64,000 nt of DNA from Candidatus Latescibacterota bacterium (GTDB taxonomy: Bacteria; Latescibacterota; UBA2968; UBA8231), in contig CBDAOB010000003.1 of assembly GCA_965197905.1 (NCBI GenBank), positions 864,001-928,000 of the forward strand, given 5' to 3'. The position numbers and the translations under genes were made by a program. Under the pieces are notes generated by a model that worked only from the letters and a program-made list of their open reading frames with translations, did not search any database and was not told the origin of the DNA. Each line of letters opens with the position of its first letter. The first letter of the stretch is position 1. Below are positions 10,530 through 21,275 of the stretch, piece after piece.

Positions 10530-13484
10530 ATGAATTACGCGCGCCGAATGCGCTGGATCTTCGGGCAGATTCTGATCGCCCTGCTGGTTTTTGCCCAAAC
10601 TTCTGGCGCTCAGAAAGAGCGCACCGAGGGTGCCCCCGAAACCACCCGGTCGCGTCTGCAGCTACGCTGGGAGCGCCCTGCCTACCGCAGCTTCGCCCTC
10701 GATCCGTACACCAACTATTCGAATCACTCCGTCCCTTACGAGGATGCCCCTCGCGCGGTCTACGGACCGATGGGCAACTATCTGACTACTGGATACGATC
10801 TCTATTCCTGGTCGGAGACGCGACAGCCTGGTCAGGTTTACGGCAGTGCCATATTCAAGCCTGGCCCCCAGGGTACCCTCTGGAACAAGGTATACGATGC
10901 CACGGTAGTTGGAAGGGACGGGTACGGCGACTGGGGCTACAGCATGATTGTAGCCGATGGTATTATCTCACGGTTTTCGCCGCTGACCCTTTCCATGAGC
11001 AATATGAACGGCTTCCGACTGGACGTAACCACGCCACACCTGCAGTTCACCGGTCTGGCTTCGCGGATCGAGCGGCCACACACCTACATCTCGCGCTCGG
11101 TCTTCGTCCTCGATGATGTCTTACACGTCGCGGATGATTCGACCTTGCTTCTGGGGGGCCGGGCGCAAGCGATGCTCGGCGGTGCCCGATTGGGGCTCAA
11201 CTGGGTCAACACCCACGTCTACCACAGCACGCAGTCAGGAAATGGTCTCAAGGGGGTGCTGCGTCCGGATCAGACCTTCGCGGATTGGATCGTGGTGCGT
11301 TTTTCCGACGACTCCCCAGAGGATGGACGGGGTGGCGCAGCGGTTCAGGATGTACGCCTCATCGTCAACGGCGAAGAGCGACCGGACCTGATGCCCCGCG
11401 TATTGCGACACCCGTCCAACTACACGCCGCAGGTCGGGTCGGTCTCCGTGGCTACCGGCAGCTTTCGACCGGTGGACTACACCTCTTTTCGCGGACACCG
11501 GTTATTCTATCGCGGGCGCGACGACACTCCGTTCTACTCCGATTACTTCTACCGACTGGACCACGAAGCGGGCGTCGACGTGAGCGGGGATGCGAATCTG
11601 GTGGGCATGTTGCCTTTGATGCATGTGGAGTCGGCAGCCGAGGTGTTGCGCGCCGACGGCACCGATCAGCTCGCCTTTCTCTTCGATCTTTCCCAAGAGC
11701 CCACGGTCGAAACAGTGCAGGTCGAAGCGTTGCTGGGTAGCGACTTCCGGGTGGACGTGGCCTCTTTGACCGATGCGAACCCGCGCGGCAAGACCAACCA
11801 CGCCCGCTATTCCAGCACCTTTTACCGGGCAGTACTACGCGCAAAGGGGAACGTACAGGATCAGTCGAACTTACGGCGGGTCCGCTTCCAGGTGGGCGAG
11901 AATACCGGACTTTTCACCTACAGCGCCGATCTAAACCTGGCTCTCCCCGGTCTGGAGCTGACCGGAGAGTACGCCCGCTCGTCCCTTTACTCGCGCTACC
12001 CCGCCCGCGCCGACGGCAACTCGATGTTCGACCAGAGCAAACGGTTCTCGGAGCGTGGATCGGCCTACTACCTCAACGCCACGCACTGGTTTCGAAGGGG
12101 ACGGATCGGGGGTGAGGTCTTCGCCATCAATCCGGACTACACCACCTCCATGCGCACCTTTCTCGACAAGACCAGCGATCTGACCTACAGCAACATCTCG
12201 GGCATGCTGAACGATACGGTCTACTGGGATTTGGTGCAGGACAACGACGATGCCGATCGCTTCGCCGACCGTCGCGTCGGCAACGTGGGCGGGTTCGCGC
12301 CCGACGAAAAGCCGTTCGATCTGGATGGAGTATTCGTTGGACAGGACGCGGACAACGACGGCATCCCCGAGATCAACCGCAACTTGAATACCATCGCCGA
12401 TTTCGATGAGCCGTTCTTGATGTACGATGTCGAGCCAAACATCTACGTCTACGGGCTCGACCGCAACAACAACGACGAGCCGGATCACCGGGAAGACGAC
12501 GGGGAAGTCGACTATCCGTACGACTTCGACCAGAAAGGTATCCACCTGTTCGGGCAACTGGATCTCTCACACCGCTGGTCGCTGGGATTGGGGCGCTACG
12601 ACGTCGACCAGATCGCCGGGCCGGGCCGCAATCGCTCCACCTACGCTCTTGTCAACTATCGCTACGAGAGTCTGGCGCGACTACGCAACCTGTTCTTCGA
12701 GAACCACTATCGCCACGTGCAGGACGACATCGCCGACGTATTCGTCGTTACCGGCGAAAACGCTTCACTCGTAGAAAACTTCAGCTCGGATGGGTTACGC
12801 GTAGAGATTTCCAACGACGTCACCCGGGCAAGCACCCACAAGCCACCGATCTATACAGGCCAATTCGTGACCGACACCCGGTTCTACCAGGACAGCTACG
12901 TGAATGAGAGTTATATCGACGCCCACATCAAACCGCTCCCCGGAACCAACGTGATTCAGAAGCTGCGGTTTCGCGCCAACTGGCAGCAGGGAGGCGAGCT
13001 CTACAATCAGACCTTCCAGCGCGAGCGCCGCCTGGATTTCTGGAGCTGGGTGACCCGCGTAGATCACACCTGGCGTTGGGGGGACATCAGCTTGACGCCG
13101 CAGTACAAATTCATGCTGTTGCGGCTCACCGATCAGGACCGGGACGTGCGGCTGCTGTCGGAGATCCGCTCTATTCCGATCTTGCGGCTGGAGTATCAGA
13201 TACTTCCTCGTACCACGCTGCGCGCTGGCTTTCAGGGGCTCGGGCCGCTGCCGTACCGCCTGCGGAACGACAACGCCGGGCGCAACAGTTTCGATCAGCA
13301 CACCGCCTTTACAACCTTGACCAATCGCACCAAGTATTTCGGCTATGAGCTGATCACCGTCGCCGGTATCCTCAAGAATCGCCGGGACTACGACACCAAA
13401 TTCCAGGACCGCCGCAACTTCGACGATGTATCTTTTTTCGTGCGCACCCTGGTCGGATTCACGGAGTTCGGGCCCAAGCTATAG
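10530..13484 (+). CDS. Large secreted/outer-membrane hypothetical protein (984 aa)
   Basis: Signal peptide, acidic DxDxDG-like stretch (DNDDADR, DADNDGIP, DRNNNDEPD), aromatic beta-strand-rich C-terminal half. Confidence 0.7.
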   Translation: MNYARRMRWIFGQILIALLVFAQTSGAQKERTEGAPETTRSRLQLRWERPAYRSFALDPYTNYSNHSVPYEDAPRAVYGPMGNYLTTGYDLYSWSETRQPGQVYGSAIFKPGPQGTLWNKVYDATVVGRDGYGDWGYSMIVADGIISRFSPLTLSMSNMNGFRLDVTTPHLQFTGLASRIERPHTYISRSVFVLDDVLHVADDSTLLLGGRAQAMLGGARLGLNWVNTHVYHSTQSGNGLKGVLRPDQTFADWIVVRFSDDSPEDGRGGAAVQDVRLIVNGEERPDLMPRVLRHPSNYTPQVGSVSVATGSFRPVDYTSFRGHRLFYRGRDDTPFYSDYFYRLDHEAGVDVSGDANLVGMLPLMHVESAAEVLRADGTDQLAFLFDLSQEPTVETVQVEALLGSDFRVDVASLTDANPRGKTNHARYSSTFYRAVLRAKGNVQDQSNLRRVRFQVGENTGLFTYSADLNLALPGLELTGEYARSSLYSRYPARADGNSMFDQSKRFSERGSAYYLNATHWFRRGRIGGEVFAINPDYTTSMRTFLDKTSDLTYSNISGMLNDTVYWDLVQDNDDADRFADRRVGNVGGFAPDEKPFDLDGVFVGQDADNDGIPEINRNLNTIADFDEPFLMYDVEPNIYVYGLDRNNNDEPDHREDDGEVDYPYDFDQKGIHLFGQLDLSHRWSLGLGRYDVDQIAGPGRNRSTYALVNYRYESLARLRNLFFENHYRHVQDDIADVFVVTGENASLVENFSSDGLRVEISNDVTRASTHKPPIYTGQFVTDTRFYQDSYVNESYIDAHIKPLPGTNVIQKLRFRANWQQGGELYNQTFQRERRLDFWSWVTRVDHTWRWGDISLTPQYKFMLLRLTDQDRDVRLLSEIRSIPILRLEYQILPRTTLRAGFQGLGPLPYRLRNDNAGRNSFDQHTAFTTLTNRTKYFGYELITVAGILKNRRDYDTKFQDRRNFDDVSFFVRTLVGFTEFGPKL

Positions 13485-13546
13485 GCCCCGTTAGATTCGG
13501 CCGCCGCTTCCCGCGCCATCGACTTTCACGACCAAAGGAGATCCCA

Positions 13547-14380
13547 GTGGAACGACAGCAGTTGCGCATACTGACCATATCCGCCCACCCGCACGATTGG
13601 ACCTGGTTCGCAGGCACCCTGGGGATTCACGTAGAGATGGGAGACAAGGCCACCGTCTGCATCGTCACCCACGGCGGGCGCACCCACCGCGAGGTATACC
13701 TGGACGAGCTACGAAAACCGGAAGCCGAGCGCGATCCGGAAATCCTCAACGTGCCGATCGAAAAATACACCGAACAAAAGGAAGACGAGATGCGGCGCGC
13801 TGCCGCGATATTTGGCGTTACCGACGTGCGCATGCTCGGCTTTCCGGACAAACCGTTCCTGCTTCAGGATCATCCCGACGCCATCGAGCAGCTCACCGAG
13901 CTCATCCTCGACGTGCGGCCGCATGTTCTCATAACCGAGTGTCCGTTCACTGACACGGCGCGCAAGATGGCTCACCGCACCGACCACACGGAGGTGGGAT
14001 GCGCCGCGTTGGAGGCGAAGGACCGGGCGGCGCGGCCGCGGGGTGCTCACGTTGCGCCCCACCGCATCGCGGTTACCTTCTGGCCCGGCGATCAGTTCAG
14101 CCACGACGAGCTAGACTTCGTGGTGGAGCTTTCGGAGGAATGGTTCGAGAAGCGGGTGCAGGCGGAAGCCTGTTACGAGAGCCAGGGGCACGACGAAACC
14201 TGGTCACGCCGGCGCATGATCGTCGACCTGGGCAAGGTCGGCTGGAGTGTGAAGACCAACTACGCGGAGGGGTACGTGCGCGAGCATCCGGAGCTGCTGA
14301 CCTCACTGCCCGTTCCGCAGCCGATGATCGAACAGGCCGAAGAAGGGGCGATGGAGCGCATTCGCCGCCTGAGTCACTGA
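13547..14380 (+). CDS. PIG-L/LmbE family deacetylase (paralog of 5252-6109)
   Basis: AHPHDW, HRTDH motifs; AAGGAG RBS with GTG start; colinear with the 5252 protein. Confidence 0.85.
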   Translation: MERQQLRILTISAHPHDWTWFAGTLGIHVEMGDKATVCIVTHGGRTHREVYLDELRKPEAERDPEILNVPIEKYTEQKEDEMRRAAAIFGVTDVRMLGFPDKPFLLQDHPDAIEQLTELILDVRPHVLITECPFTDTARKMAHRTDHTEVGCAALEAKDRAARPRGAHVAPHRIAVTFWPGDQFSHDELDFVVELSEEWFEKRVQAEACYESQGHDETWSRRRMIVDLGKVGWSVKTNYAEGYVREHPELLTSLPVPQPMIEQAEEGAMERIRRLSH

Positions 14381-14426
14381 AGTACCGACCGCATACGTCG
14401 GAACGCACCGTAGAAAGAAGGTATTC

Positions 14427-15899
14427 GTGAAGTTCCTTTTCCTCGATGACTTCCACGTCGAACGCATCGACAACCTGGCACGCAAGATGCACCAGCTTGA
14501 GAAGTTCCCCGGCAACGCCGTGATCCGGCCGGAGTATCGCTGGGAAAACATGACCTGCCAGATCCGCAACACCCCGGTGTGGGACCCGGAGGATCAGATC
14601 TACAAGGTGATCTACGCCGGCAAGGCGGAGGTTCTCGAGCAGGAGCTGGAAGTCGACCAGACCGGCACCGCGCCCTTGACCATCGCAGTTTGTTATGCCA
14701 CCTCCGAAGATGGCGTCAACTGGGAAAAACCTTTTCTGGGCATCTACGATTATCCGGGGCTCAACTGGAACGGCACCCGCATCGGTACCGACAACAACGT
14801 CATTCGCGACGGGGCCAGTCTGTTTACTGTTTACGACCCGAACGAAGACGATCCAAACCGTCGGTTCAAGGGAGTGATCTACCGCGACAAGGCGTTGCAT
14901 CCAATCGCCTCGCCCGATCATATCCACTGGGAGGAGCTGGGGTACCCGCCCTGTCCCACCGCCGATCAGTCCCATTTCACCTACGACGCCGACAACGGCG
15001 TGTTCATCGCCACGGTAAAACACCGCGGCCCGTACGGGCGCTCCTGGTATATCACCACCAGCGACGACTTCCAGAACTGGAGCGAGCAGCTGCTGGTCTT
15101 TCACGCCGACCAGGTGGACCAGGAGAACGGCTTCGAGCGGCTGCAACGGTTCTTCGACGATGACGCCTACCTGACGCCGGTTTACAACCGTCCCGAGGAA
15201 TGGCGCACCGACGTCTACAACTACCCGGTCTTTCCGTACGAGGGACTCTACATAGGCATGCCGGTGATGCATCACTGGTCTGGCAAACACCCGCCGCTCT
15301 ACGAGAACGTGGACAGCCGCAAGTCGGTGGAGCTCACGGTTAGCCGCGACCTGATCAACTGGGAGCGGGTGGCGAACCGTGCGCCGTTTCAGGAGCAGTC
15401 GCCGGTGGAGGACGGCCGCAACTACGACACCGGACAGATCCAGAACAGCAACGGACCGATAGTGCGCGGCGACAAGCTGTATTTCTATTACTCCGGCCTG
15501 CGGGCGCGGTCCGACACCATCGCTTCTTCCATGAATCGGGGTGGGCTCGACCATGGCGCCATCTGCATGGCGCGGCTGCGTCTTGACGGTTTCGTATCGT
15601 TGAAAGGTGGCATCGAGCCTGGCAGCATTACCACTGCACCCGTACAGATAGAAGGACGCGAGCTGCACGCCAACATCGATGCCTGGCGCGGACAGGTACG
15701 GGCCGAGGTTCTCGATCCCGCCGAGGAGAAACCGTTGTCCGGATTCAGTCTTGACGAAAGCATTCCCGCGTCGGTGGATGATATCGACGTGAGCTTGCGA
15801 TGGAAGGAGCAGGCCGATCTGTCGTCGCTCAAGGGTCGCACGGTACGTCTCCGGTTCTCTCTCCTTCGAGGAGAGATCTACTCCTTTTGGTTCGCTTAA
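14427..15899 (+). CDS. GH32-like beta-propeller glycoside hydrolase-like protein
   Basis: CYATSEDGVNWEKP, SRDLINWERV, LRLDGFVSL, YSFWF. Confidence 0.75.
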   Translation: MKFLFLDDFHVERIDNLARKMHQLEKFPGNAVIRPEYRWENMTCQIRNTPVWDPEDQIYKVIYAGKAEVLEQELEVDQTGTAPLTIAVCYATSEDGVNWEKPFLGIYDYPGLNWNGTRIGTDNNVIRDGASLFTVYDPNEDDPNRRFKGVIYRDKALHPIASPDHIHWEELGYPPCPTADQSHFTYDADNGVFIATVKHRGPYGRSWYITTSDDFQNWSEQLLVFHADQVDQENGFERLQRFFDDDAYLTPVYNRPEEWRTDVYNYPVFPYEGLYIGMPVMHHWSGKHPPLYENVDSRKSVELTVSRDLINWERVANRAPFQEQSPVEDGRNYDTGQIQNSNGPIVRGDKLYFYYSGLRARSDTIASSMNRGGLDHGAICMARLRLDGFVSLKGGIEPGSITTAPVQIEGRELHANIDAWRGQVRAEVLDPAEEKPLSGFSLDESIPASVDDIDVSLRWKEQADLSSLKGRTVRLRFSLLRGEIYSFWFA

Positions 15900-15997
15900 G
15901 GCGGCGAGTCGTGAATGCTTCTCCCGGTCTCTTCGAAGGGAACATGGCCCACCATTACCCCCGCCTGTTCGATTAATACGCTCCGCCCGAGGATCTC

Positions 15998-17968
15998 GTG
16001 GCGGTGACCTCCCAAGCAGACGCAGAAGAGAACGAACGATCCGAACCGGCGATCACGTTGCGGGGCGTTTTGCTCGGCGCGCTGACCGTGGCTCTGGCGG
16101 TATTCTACGTCATCGGAATTGCCCGCAGGCAGGGATCGGGAAGTTACATCCACTCTCAGTACCCGATGGCGGCTTTTCTGCCATTCGTCTTCTGGCTGCT
16201 CGCCAACCTGCCTCTCAAAGCGTTCTGGCCTCGCATCGCGCTCAAACGGGGTGAGCTGCTGACGATCTTCTCCATGACCTGGCTCGCCGGAGTGGTGCCC
16301 GATTGGATCTGGCGCTGGGCCGGCACAATGACATCGCCCATTCACTTCGCCACTCCGGAGAATCGCTGGGCGGAGACCTTCTTCGACTTTCTGCCGTGGC
16401 AGATCTTTCCCGAGACGACCAGCCGCGTGATCGACACCTTCTTTTACGGCCGCCCCGAAGGTATGCCGATCCCATGGGACGGGTGGTACCTGCAGATATT
16501 CAACTGGCTCGGTATCGCCGCGGCCGTCGTCACCTTCTGTTTCTGCATCCTGATTCTGCTGCAGCGGCAGTGGCAGGAGGCGGAGAAGCTGGCCTTTCCG
16601 CTGGCTCAGCTGCCGATGGATCTGACCATCGGCACGGATGGACCGCGACGGATCCCAAAGCTGTTCCGGTCGCGGCTTTTCTGGGCCGGATGTCTGGTTC
16701 CATTCCTGCCGCAGCTTTACAACCTGATCACCTACTTCACCCCGGGACTGCCGGTCTTCTGGCTGATCAACGACTGGAAGTACTTCTTCTTTGTCGACGA
16801 CATGATTCTTGTATCGGTGCGGATCATGCCGCTCATGTTGATGGTGGTCTACCTGTGTCCCCTGGACATCCTCGGCAGCATGCTCCTCTTCCACGGAGTC
16901 GCCACAGCGAAGCGCTACCTGATGGACCGTTTTGGGGCTCCGAGTTTCGGCCTGGTGGGTTACAGCGGCGAGCATCAGTTCAGCGAGGCGGGCATGGTGC
17001 TCAATACGGAAAGCCACGGAGCAATGGTATTTCTGGCGCTGTGGTCCCTGTGGATCGCGCGCCGGCATCTGAAACGCGTGTGGCATCAGGTGCGTACGGG
17101 GACCGGTGATGAAAACGAGGCGCGCCTCTATCGCTTTGCTGTCGTCGGTCTCCTGGTTTCGGGGACCTACGCGACGGTGTGGGCCGTCAGCATCGGCGTC
17201 AGTCTGCCGATGGCGATCGCCACCATAATACTGATGACGATCTCTTATCTGGTGACCGTGAAACTGGTGGCAGCCAGCGGCTGCGCCTACATCTTCCCGA
17301 ATCGACCCTTTCTAAAAGGGGAGACCTTTGTTCTCGAGCTGATCGGTTCGACCTACATCTCTCCAGAGCGCCTGGTACCGTACAAGATGTTTACCGGTTA
17401 CGCCCTGTTGGGACGTTTTATCATTCCCGTACTGCCGGCCATCCCTCATCACTTGAGGATTTTCGCAGCCAGACGCCAACCGGGTTGGGTCCTGCTGACG
17501 GTGCTCGTCGCTTTTCTCGTCGCTTTCGGCGTGGCAGTATGGGCATCTCTCCACCTGAATTACACCGACGGCGGTGACTACGAGGACGGCCGCAGCTTTT
17601 TCATGGGCGTTTCATATCTCGCAGAGAATCCGATCACGCCGAATCTCGGCAAGTGGATCTTGTGGCTCACCGGCTTCGGTGAGGGGGCGTTGATCACCTT
17701 GCTGCGGGCGCGCTTCCACTGGTTCCCGATTCACCCTATCGGATTGGTCTTTCAGTACACCCACGCCACGTTCCATTATTGGAACAACTTCTTCATCGTT
17801 TTCGTGGTCAAGCTGGTGCTGCTGCGTTACGGCGGGGTCAACGCCTACTTGGCGGGCAAGCCGTTCTTTTACGGGCTGGGTATCGGATATACAGTGGGGG
17901 TGCTGCTGTCCACCATCGTGGATGCGATCTGGTTTCCCATGGCCGGCCATCACGTACACGGATGGTGA
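15998..17968 (+). CDS. Polytopic membrane protein, DUF6785/DUF6784-like (putative transporter)
   Basis: RQWQEAEKLAFPLAQLP and WFPIHPIG...KPFFYGL motifs, many TM helices. Confidence 0.75.
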   Translation: MAVTSQADAEENERSEPAITLRGVLLGALTVALAVFYVIGIARRQGSGSYIHSQYPMAAFLPFVFWLLANLPLKAFWPRIALKRGELLTIFSMTWLAGVVPDWIWRWAGTMTSPIHFATPENRWAETFFDFLPWQIFPETTSRVIDTFFYGRPEGMPIPWDGWYLQIFNWLGIAAAVVTFCFCILILLQRQWQEAEKLAFPLAQLPMDLTIGTDGPRRIPKLFRSRLFWAGCLVPFLPQLYNLITYFTPGLPVFWLINDWKYFFFVDDMILVSVRIMPLMLMVVYLCPLDILGSMLLFHGVATAKRYLMDRFGAPSFGLVGYSGEHQFSEAGMVLNTESHGAMVFLALWSLWIARRHLKRVWHQVRTGTGDENEARLYRFAVVGLLVSGTYATVWAVSIGVSLPMAIATIILMTISYLVTVKLVAASGCAYIFPNRPFLKGETFVLELIGSTYISPERLVPYKMFTGYALLGRFIIPVLPAIPHHLRIFAARRQPGWVLLTVLVAFLVAFGVAVWASLHLNYTDGGDYEDGRSFFMGVSYLAENPITPNLGKWILWLTGFGEGALITLLRARFHWFPIHPIGLVFQYTHATFHYWNNFFIVFVVKLVLLRYGGVNAYLAGKPFFYGLGIGYTVGVLLSTIVDAIWFPMAGHHVHGW

Positions 17969-17993
17969 GCAGCGACGGGCCCGCGCGCCAAGC

Positions 17994-18887
17994 TCAAAAC
18001 GGACGAAAACCGAGAAAGGTCTGCGCGGTAGCACCCATGATGTCGGAGTACTCTTCGTCGCTCAGCTCCGGGAGCAATTCCCGGATGATCGTGGTCAAGG
18101 GTCCATAACCAGGGTCCTCCTGAATCCACGGGAAATCGGTCGCCCACATCAGGCGTTTCGAGCCGTAGCTGCCCAGCAAGCGGTCGTGCCACCGCGTGAG
18201 GTCCCGGTATGGGAGATCCTCCTTGCTGAACGCGTATTGACCGGAGAGTTTCACCGCCACATTCTCGTATTTGGAGAATCGATAAGGAGTGTGAAAGGCT
18301 GGATTGTAGCTCGGAGTGTCGATATGCGGCCGTCCCTTCTCGTCGCGGAAAGCCTGCCCTTCGCCGGGACACACCCCTAGATGATTGAGAACCACCCGCA
18401 CCTTCGGGAACGTTTCCAAGAGATAGGGAACCAGGTGCACCTGGTTCGCCGGCGGATAGAGCCAGATGACTAGGTCGTTGGCCGCCGCATGTTTCCAGAT
18501 GCGATAGGTCTCCAATTCCTCTACAACCACGGGTTCAAACGGGTCTCGTGGTCCGCCGACAGCAAATAGCCTGAAACCGATCAGACCCGGCGTCTCCGCC
18601 AACCGGTCCATCAGCGCTTCGGGCTCGGCTGAGTCCGGAGAGATGGCGGCGATGCCGCGAAAGCGGGCTTGATGGTTCTCGAGGCAGTGGATCAGATAGG
18701 CGTGGTGCTCGAGCTCGTTGCCACCGATCTGTACCAGAACCGCCCCGTCGATCTCATGGGTGTCCATGGCGGCGAGCAGCTTTTCCGCCGTCTCTTGCCG
18801 GTCACCGGGGCAGTAGCGGTCGGTGACGCGGGGGAACCGGCTCGATTCGCGAGCGAAGACGTGAACGTGAGCGTCGATGCGTGCCAT
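17994..18887 (-). CDS. Amidohydrolase_2 family protein
   Basis: IDAHVH, LNHLG, VKLSG, RLMWATDFPW. Confidence 0.9.
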   Translation of the reverse strand: MARIDAHVHVFARESSRFPRVTDRYCPGDRQETAEKLLAAMDTHEIDGAVLVQIGGNELEHHAYLIHCLENHQARFRGIAAISPDSAEPEALMDRLAETPGLIGFRLFAVGGPRDPFEPVVVEELETYRIWKHAAANDLVIWLYPPANQVHLVPYLLETFPKVRVVLNHLGVCPGEGQAFRDEKGRPHIDTPSYNPAFHTPYRFSKYENVAVKLSGQYAFSKEDLPYRDLTRWHDRLLGSYGSKRLMWATDFPWIQEDPGYGPLTTIIRELLPELSDEEYSDIMGATAQTFLGFRPF

Positions 18888-19618
18888 CAGGCTTGCAGGC
18901 AGAGAAACCGGCGCCGTTCCTCATGGGTAGCGCGCGCCTCCAGGAACTTGAACGGACTCCGATCGACACGGTCATTCTCGGTCCGCTTGTGGTAGGTGAT
19001 GATGATCGACCTTCTGGGAATCGCACCGTCGTTGTCCAGGGCGGTATGCCAACCGTAACAGTTGAACATGATCGCCATTCCCGCTGGGCCCGAAAACCGA
19101 GCGAGACCCGGCATGTCCTCCTGCCGGTGGGGATGTGCGGACGGTGCAAAATCCGGCTTGTGGCTTCCGGGGATGAAGGCGAATTCTCCCCCTCCGTGTG
19201 CCATGTCGCTCAGGTAGATCTGAATCTTTATGTGCAGCGGGCGGTCTTGAGGGGTATCGGCATGCCAGCTGGTATAGCTCAGCGGAGACGGGGAAACGAT
19301 GCGGGGCCCCACATCCTGCAAGATAGGCTCGCCGTCGCAGAACGCCTTGAGACAACCGTAGTAGCTGGGATGATCGGCGATCTCCAGAAAAGCATCGTCT
19401 TTCCTCAACGAATCTGGAAAGTCGTAGAAAGAAGGAGCTGATTCGCCGGCGGCGACGCGAGCGAGCCAATCCGGTTTGTATCCCTCCGACCAGTGGTCGA
19501 AGGCGTCCTGGAGTCTTTGCAGTAGCTCTCCGGTAATCGCGTTCTCGAATACCAGATAACCCTCCTCATCCCACTGTTTCTGCTGAGCTGCCGTTGGTGT
19601 GTTCATGTCGATCTCCAA
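18887..19618 (-). CDS. PhyH family dioxygenase
   Basis: WDEEGYLV, WHAD, IPGSH, GWHT. Confidence 0.85.
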   Translation of the reverse strand: MEIDMNTPTAAQQKQWDEEGYLVFENAITGELLQRLQDAFDHWSEGYKPDWLARVAAGESAPSFYDFPDSLRKDDAFLEIADHPSYYGCLKAFCDGEPILQDVGPRIVSPSPLSYTSWHADTPQDRPLHIKIQIYLSDMAHGGGEFAFIPGSHKPDFAPSAHPHRQEDMPGLARFSGPAGMAIMFNCYGWHTALDNDGAIPRRSIIITYHKRTENDRVDRSPFKFLEARATHEERRRFLCLQA

Positions 19619-19637
19619 TCTTGCGGCCCGCGGCCAT

Positions 19638-20456
19638 TTACCCGGTGACCCGAATCAGCTCTCCCGCGCCTTTCTCGCTACCGGCGTAGCGGCGTTTCGT
19701 GGCGCCGGGATACGAAAACCCGTTGATCAAGATTCGCCGCGGTTGACTCGAGACGTTCGGCTTGCTGCCGTGGATAGTGTACGGATGCCATAACAACAGA
19801 TCGCCGCGCTCCGGTAGGGGTGCGATCTCCGACTCTTCAGATACCTGGTCCGCCGATAGGCGCCCCGCTTCGCTGTGAGGCAAATGACCTGCCCCACAAC
19901 TCTGGGGAATAAACGCGAGGGGACCCGAGTCGGCGCCCACTGAGTCAACCGCGAGACCGGTTTGCACGAAACTGCCTGTACCGTTGACATCGGTAAACAA
20001 CCCTTTGTGAAAACCGCGGTTGACGCTGTCCTGGTGCCATCCGAAAGCGACAGTCGTACCCGGCATCTTCAGATGAGCCTGGTTGATGAGGTGGTTCATC
20101 TCGTCAGAATCGAGCAACTGAGAAGCCGCACGTAACAATCGGGGGTGGCGGCCGTATTGTAATAACATCGGTACGGCGCCTCCACACCAAGCAACCTTGC
20201 GGATTTCGATCTCTTTCGCATTCGCCATCCGTAGGTCGAAGTAAGATCCCTCGTATTCTAAAATAGCCTCGTCCGGATCGAAGTCGGGAGAGCCGACGAT
20301 ATCCTCGGCGATCTCCAGAAGGCGATCGAAGCCGGCGGAGATTTCCTCCATCTCACGATCATCGAAAAACTGAGGGACAGTGGTGAAACCGATGTCGAAG
20401 AATTCTGCAATCTGTTGATCGTTCAGAGTGCGGTCCACGAATTTTCTCACACGCAT
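19638..20456 (-). CDS. PhyH family dioxygenase
   Basis: KMPG..FGWHQD, GPLAFIPQS, HPYTIHGSKPN; start chosen at MRVRKF. Confidence 0.85.
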   Translation of the reverse strand: MRVRKFVDRTLNDQQIAEFFDIGFTTVPQFFDDREMEEISAGFDRLLEIAEDIVGSPDFDPDEAILEYEGSYFDLRMANAKEIEIRKVAWCGGAVPMLLQYGRHPRLLRAASQLLDSDEMNHLINQAHLKMPGTTVAFGWHQDSVNRGFHKGLFTDVNGTGSFVQTGLAVDSVGADSGPLAFIPQSCGAGHLPHSEAGRLSADQVSEESEIAPLPERGDLLLWHPYTIHGSKPNVSSQPRRILINGFSYPGATKRRYAGSEKGAGELIRVTG

Positions 20457-20669
20457 GTCTTTTCCTGGAGCACCATTCAAAGAATAGTCTCCTCAGCAAG
20501 GAGCGACAACCTCTGTCCCTCGATGCCGATGGCGTTGAACCCAAATACTGACTCATGCCGCATTTTGGGTCTGAAAGTAATCCGATGTACCTTGGGTTGG
20601 CGATGGAGTGCCAGCCACCTAAATTTCGAATTGGGTGGGACCTCGGTTCTCCCCATGTTGGCCGTATGA

Positions 20670-21254
20670 TTGATGAAACTCCAGAGATTTAGTTGCGTGA
20701 CTGAATTGGAAGAGTCGGCTGAGGCGGCGCATGACTTGATCAGGGAAGAATTGCAGCGGAAGAACGACGAAGATGGAATGCGATGGACGGGATGGGTACT
20801 CCTATCGACCATGGCCCTTGCCTTACTCTCCGCCCTTGCAGCCCTATTGGCTGGGTTTACCGCAAACGAGGCTGTGCTCGAGAGAACTCAAGAGCTTCTC
20901 GAGGTGTCATATTACGAAAGCGATTGCCTCAACATGGAGATATTGAAGTCCAAACACGAAATTTTGATTTCCCTGGGTGAAACTCCGAGTAGAGCCGAAA
21001 TCGACAGAATCCAGAAGTACGAAGACGAGGTGAGTCGATTGAAACTGAGCGTTTCAAAAGAAGAGTTAAAAGCCCAGGAGGCGATCTTCGAGCACGAGCT
21101 CTTTGCAATTGGTGTGACCCTATTCTCCATCGCTATAACGCTGTGCGGCATGGCTCTGGTTGTACAGCGACGAAGGATATGGGGCGTCGGGCTGGTCTTT
21201 GGTCTGGCGGGGATCTGCATCGTCGGTGTAGGTATCTTCAAGATGTTTTCTTAG
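20670..21254 (+). CDS. DUF4337-like membrane protein
   Basis: N-terminal TM, coiled-coil middle, HELFAIGVTLFSIAITL plus C-terminal TM. Confidence 0.6.
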   Translation: MMKLQRFSCVTELEESAEAAHDLIREELQRKNDEDGMRWTGWVLLSTMALALLSALAALLAGFTANEAVLERTQELLEVSYYESDCLNMEILKSKHEILISLGETPSRAEIDRIQKYEDEVSRLKLSVSKEELKAQEAIFEHELFAIGVTLFSIAITLCGMALVVQRRRIWGVGLVFGLAGICIVGVGIFKMFS

Positions 21255-21275
21255 TCAGCTGGGAAAGCGCGATAT

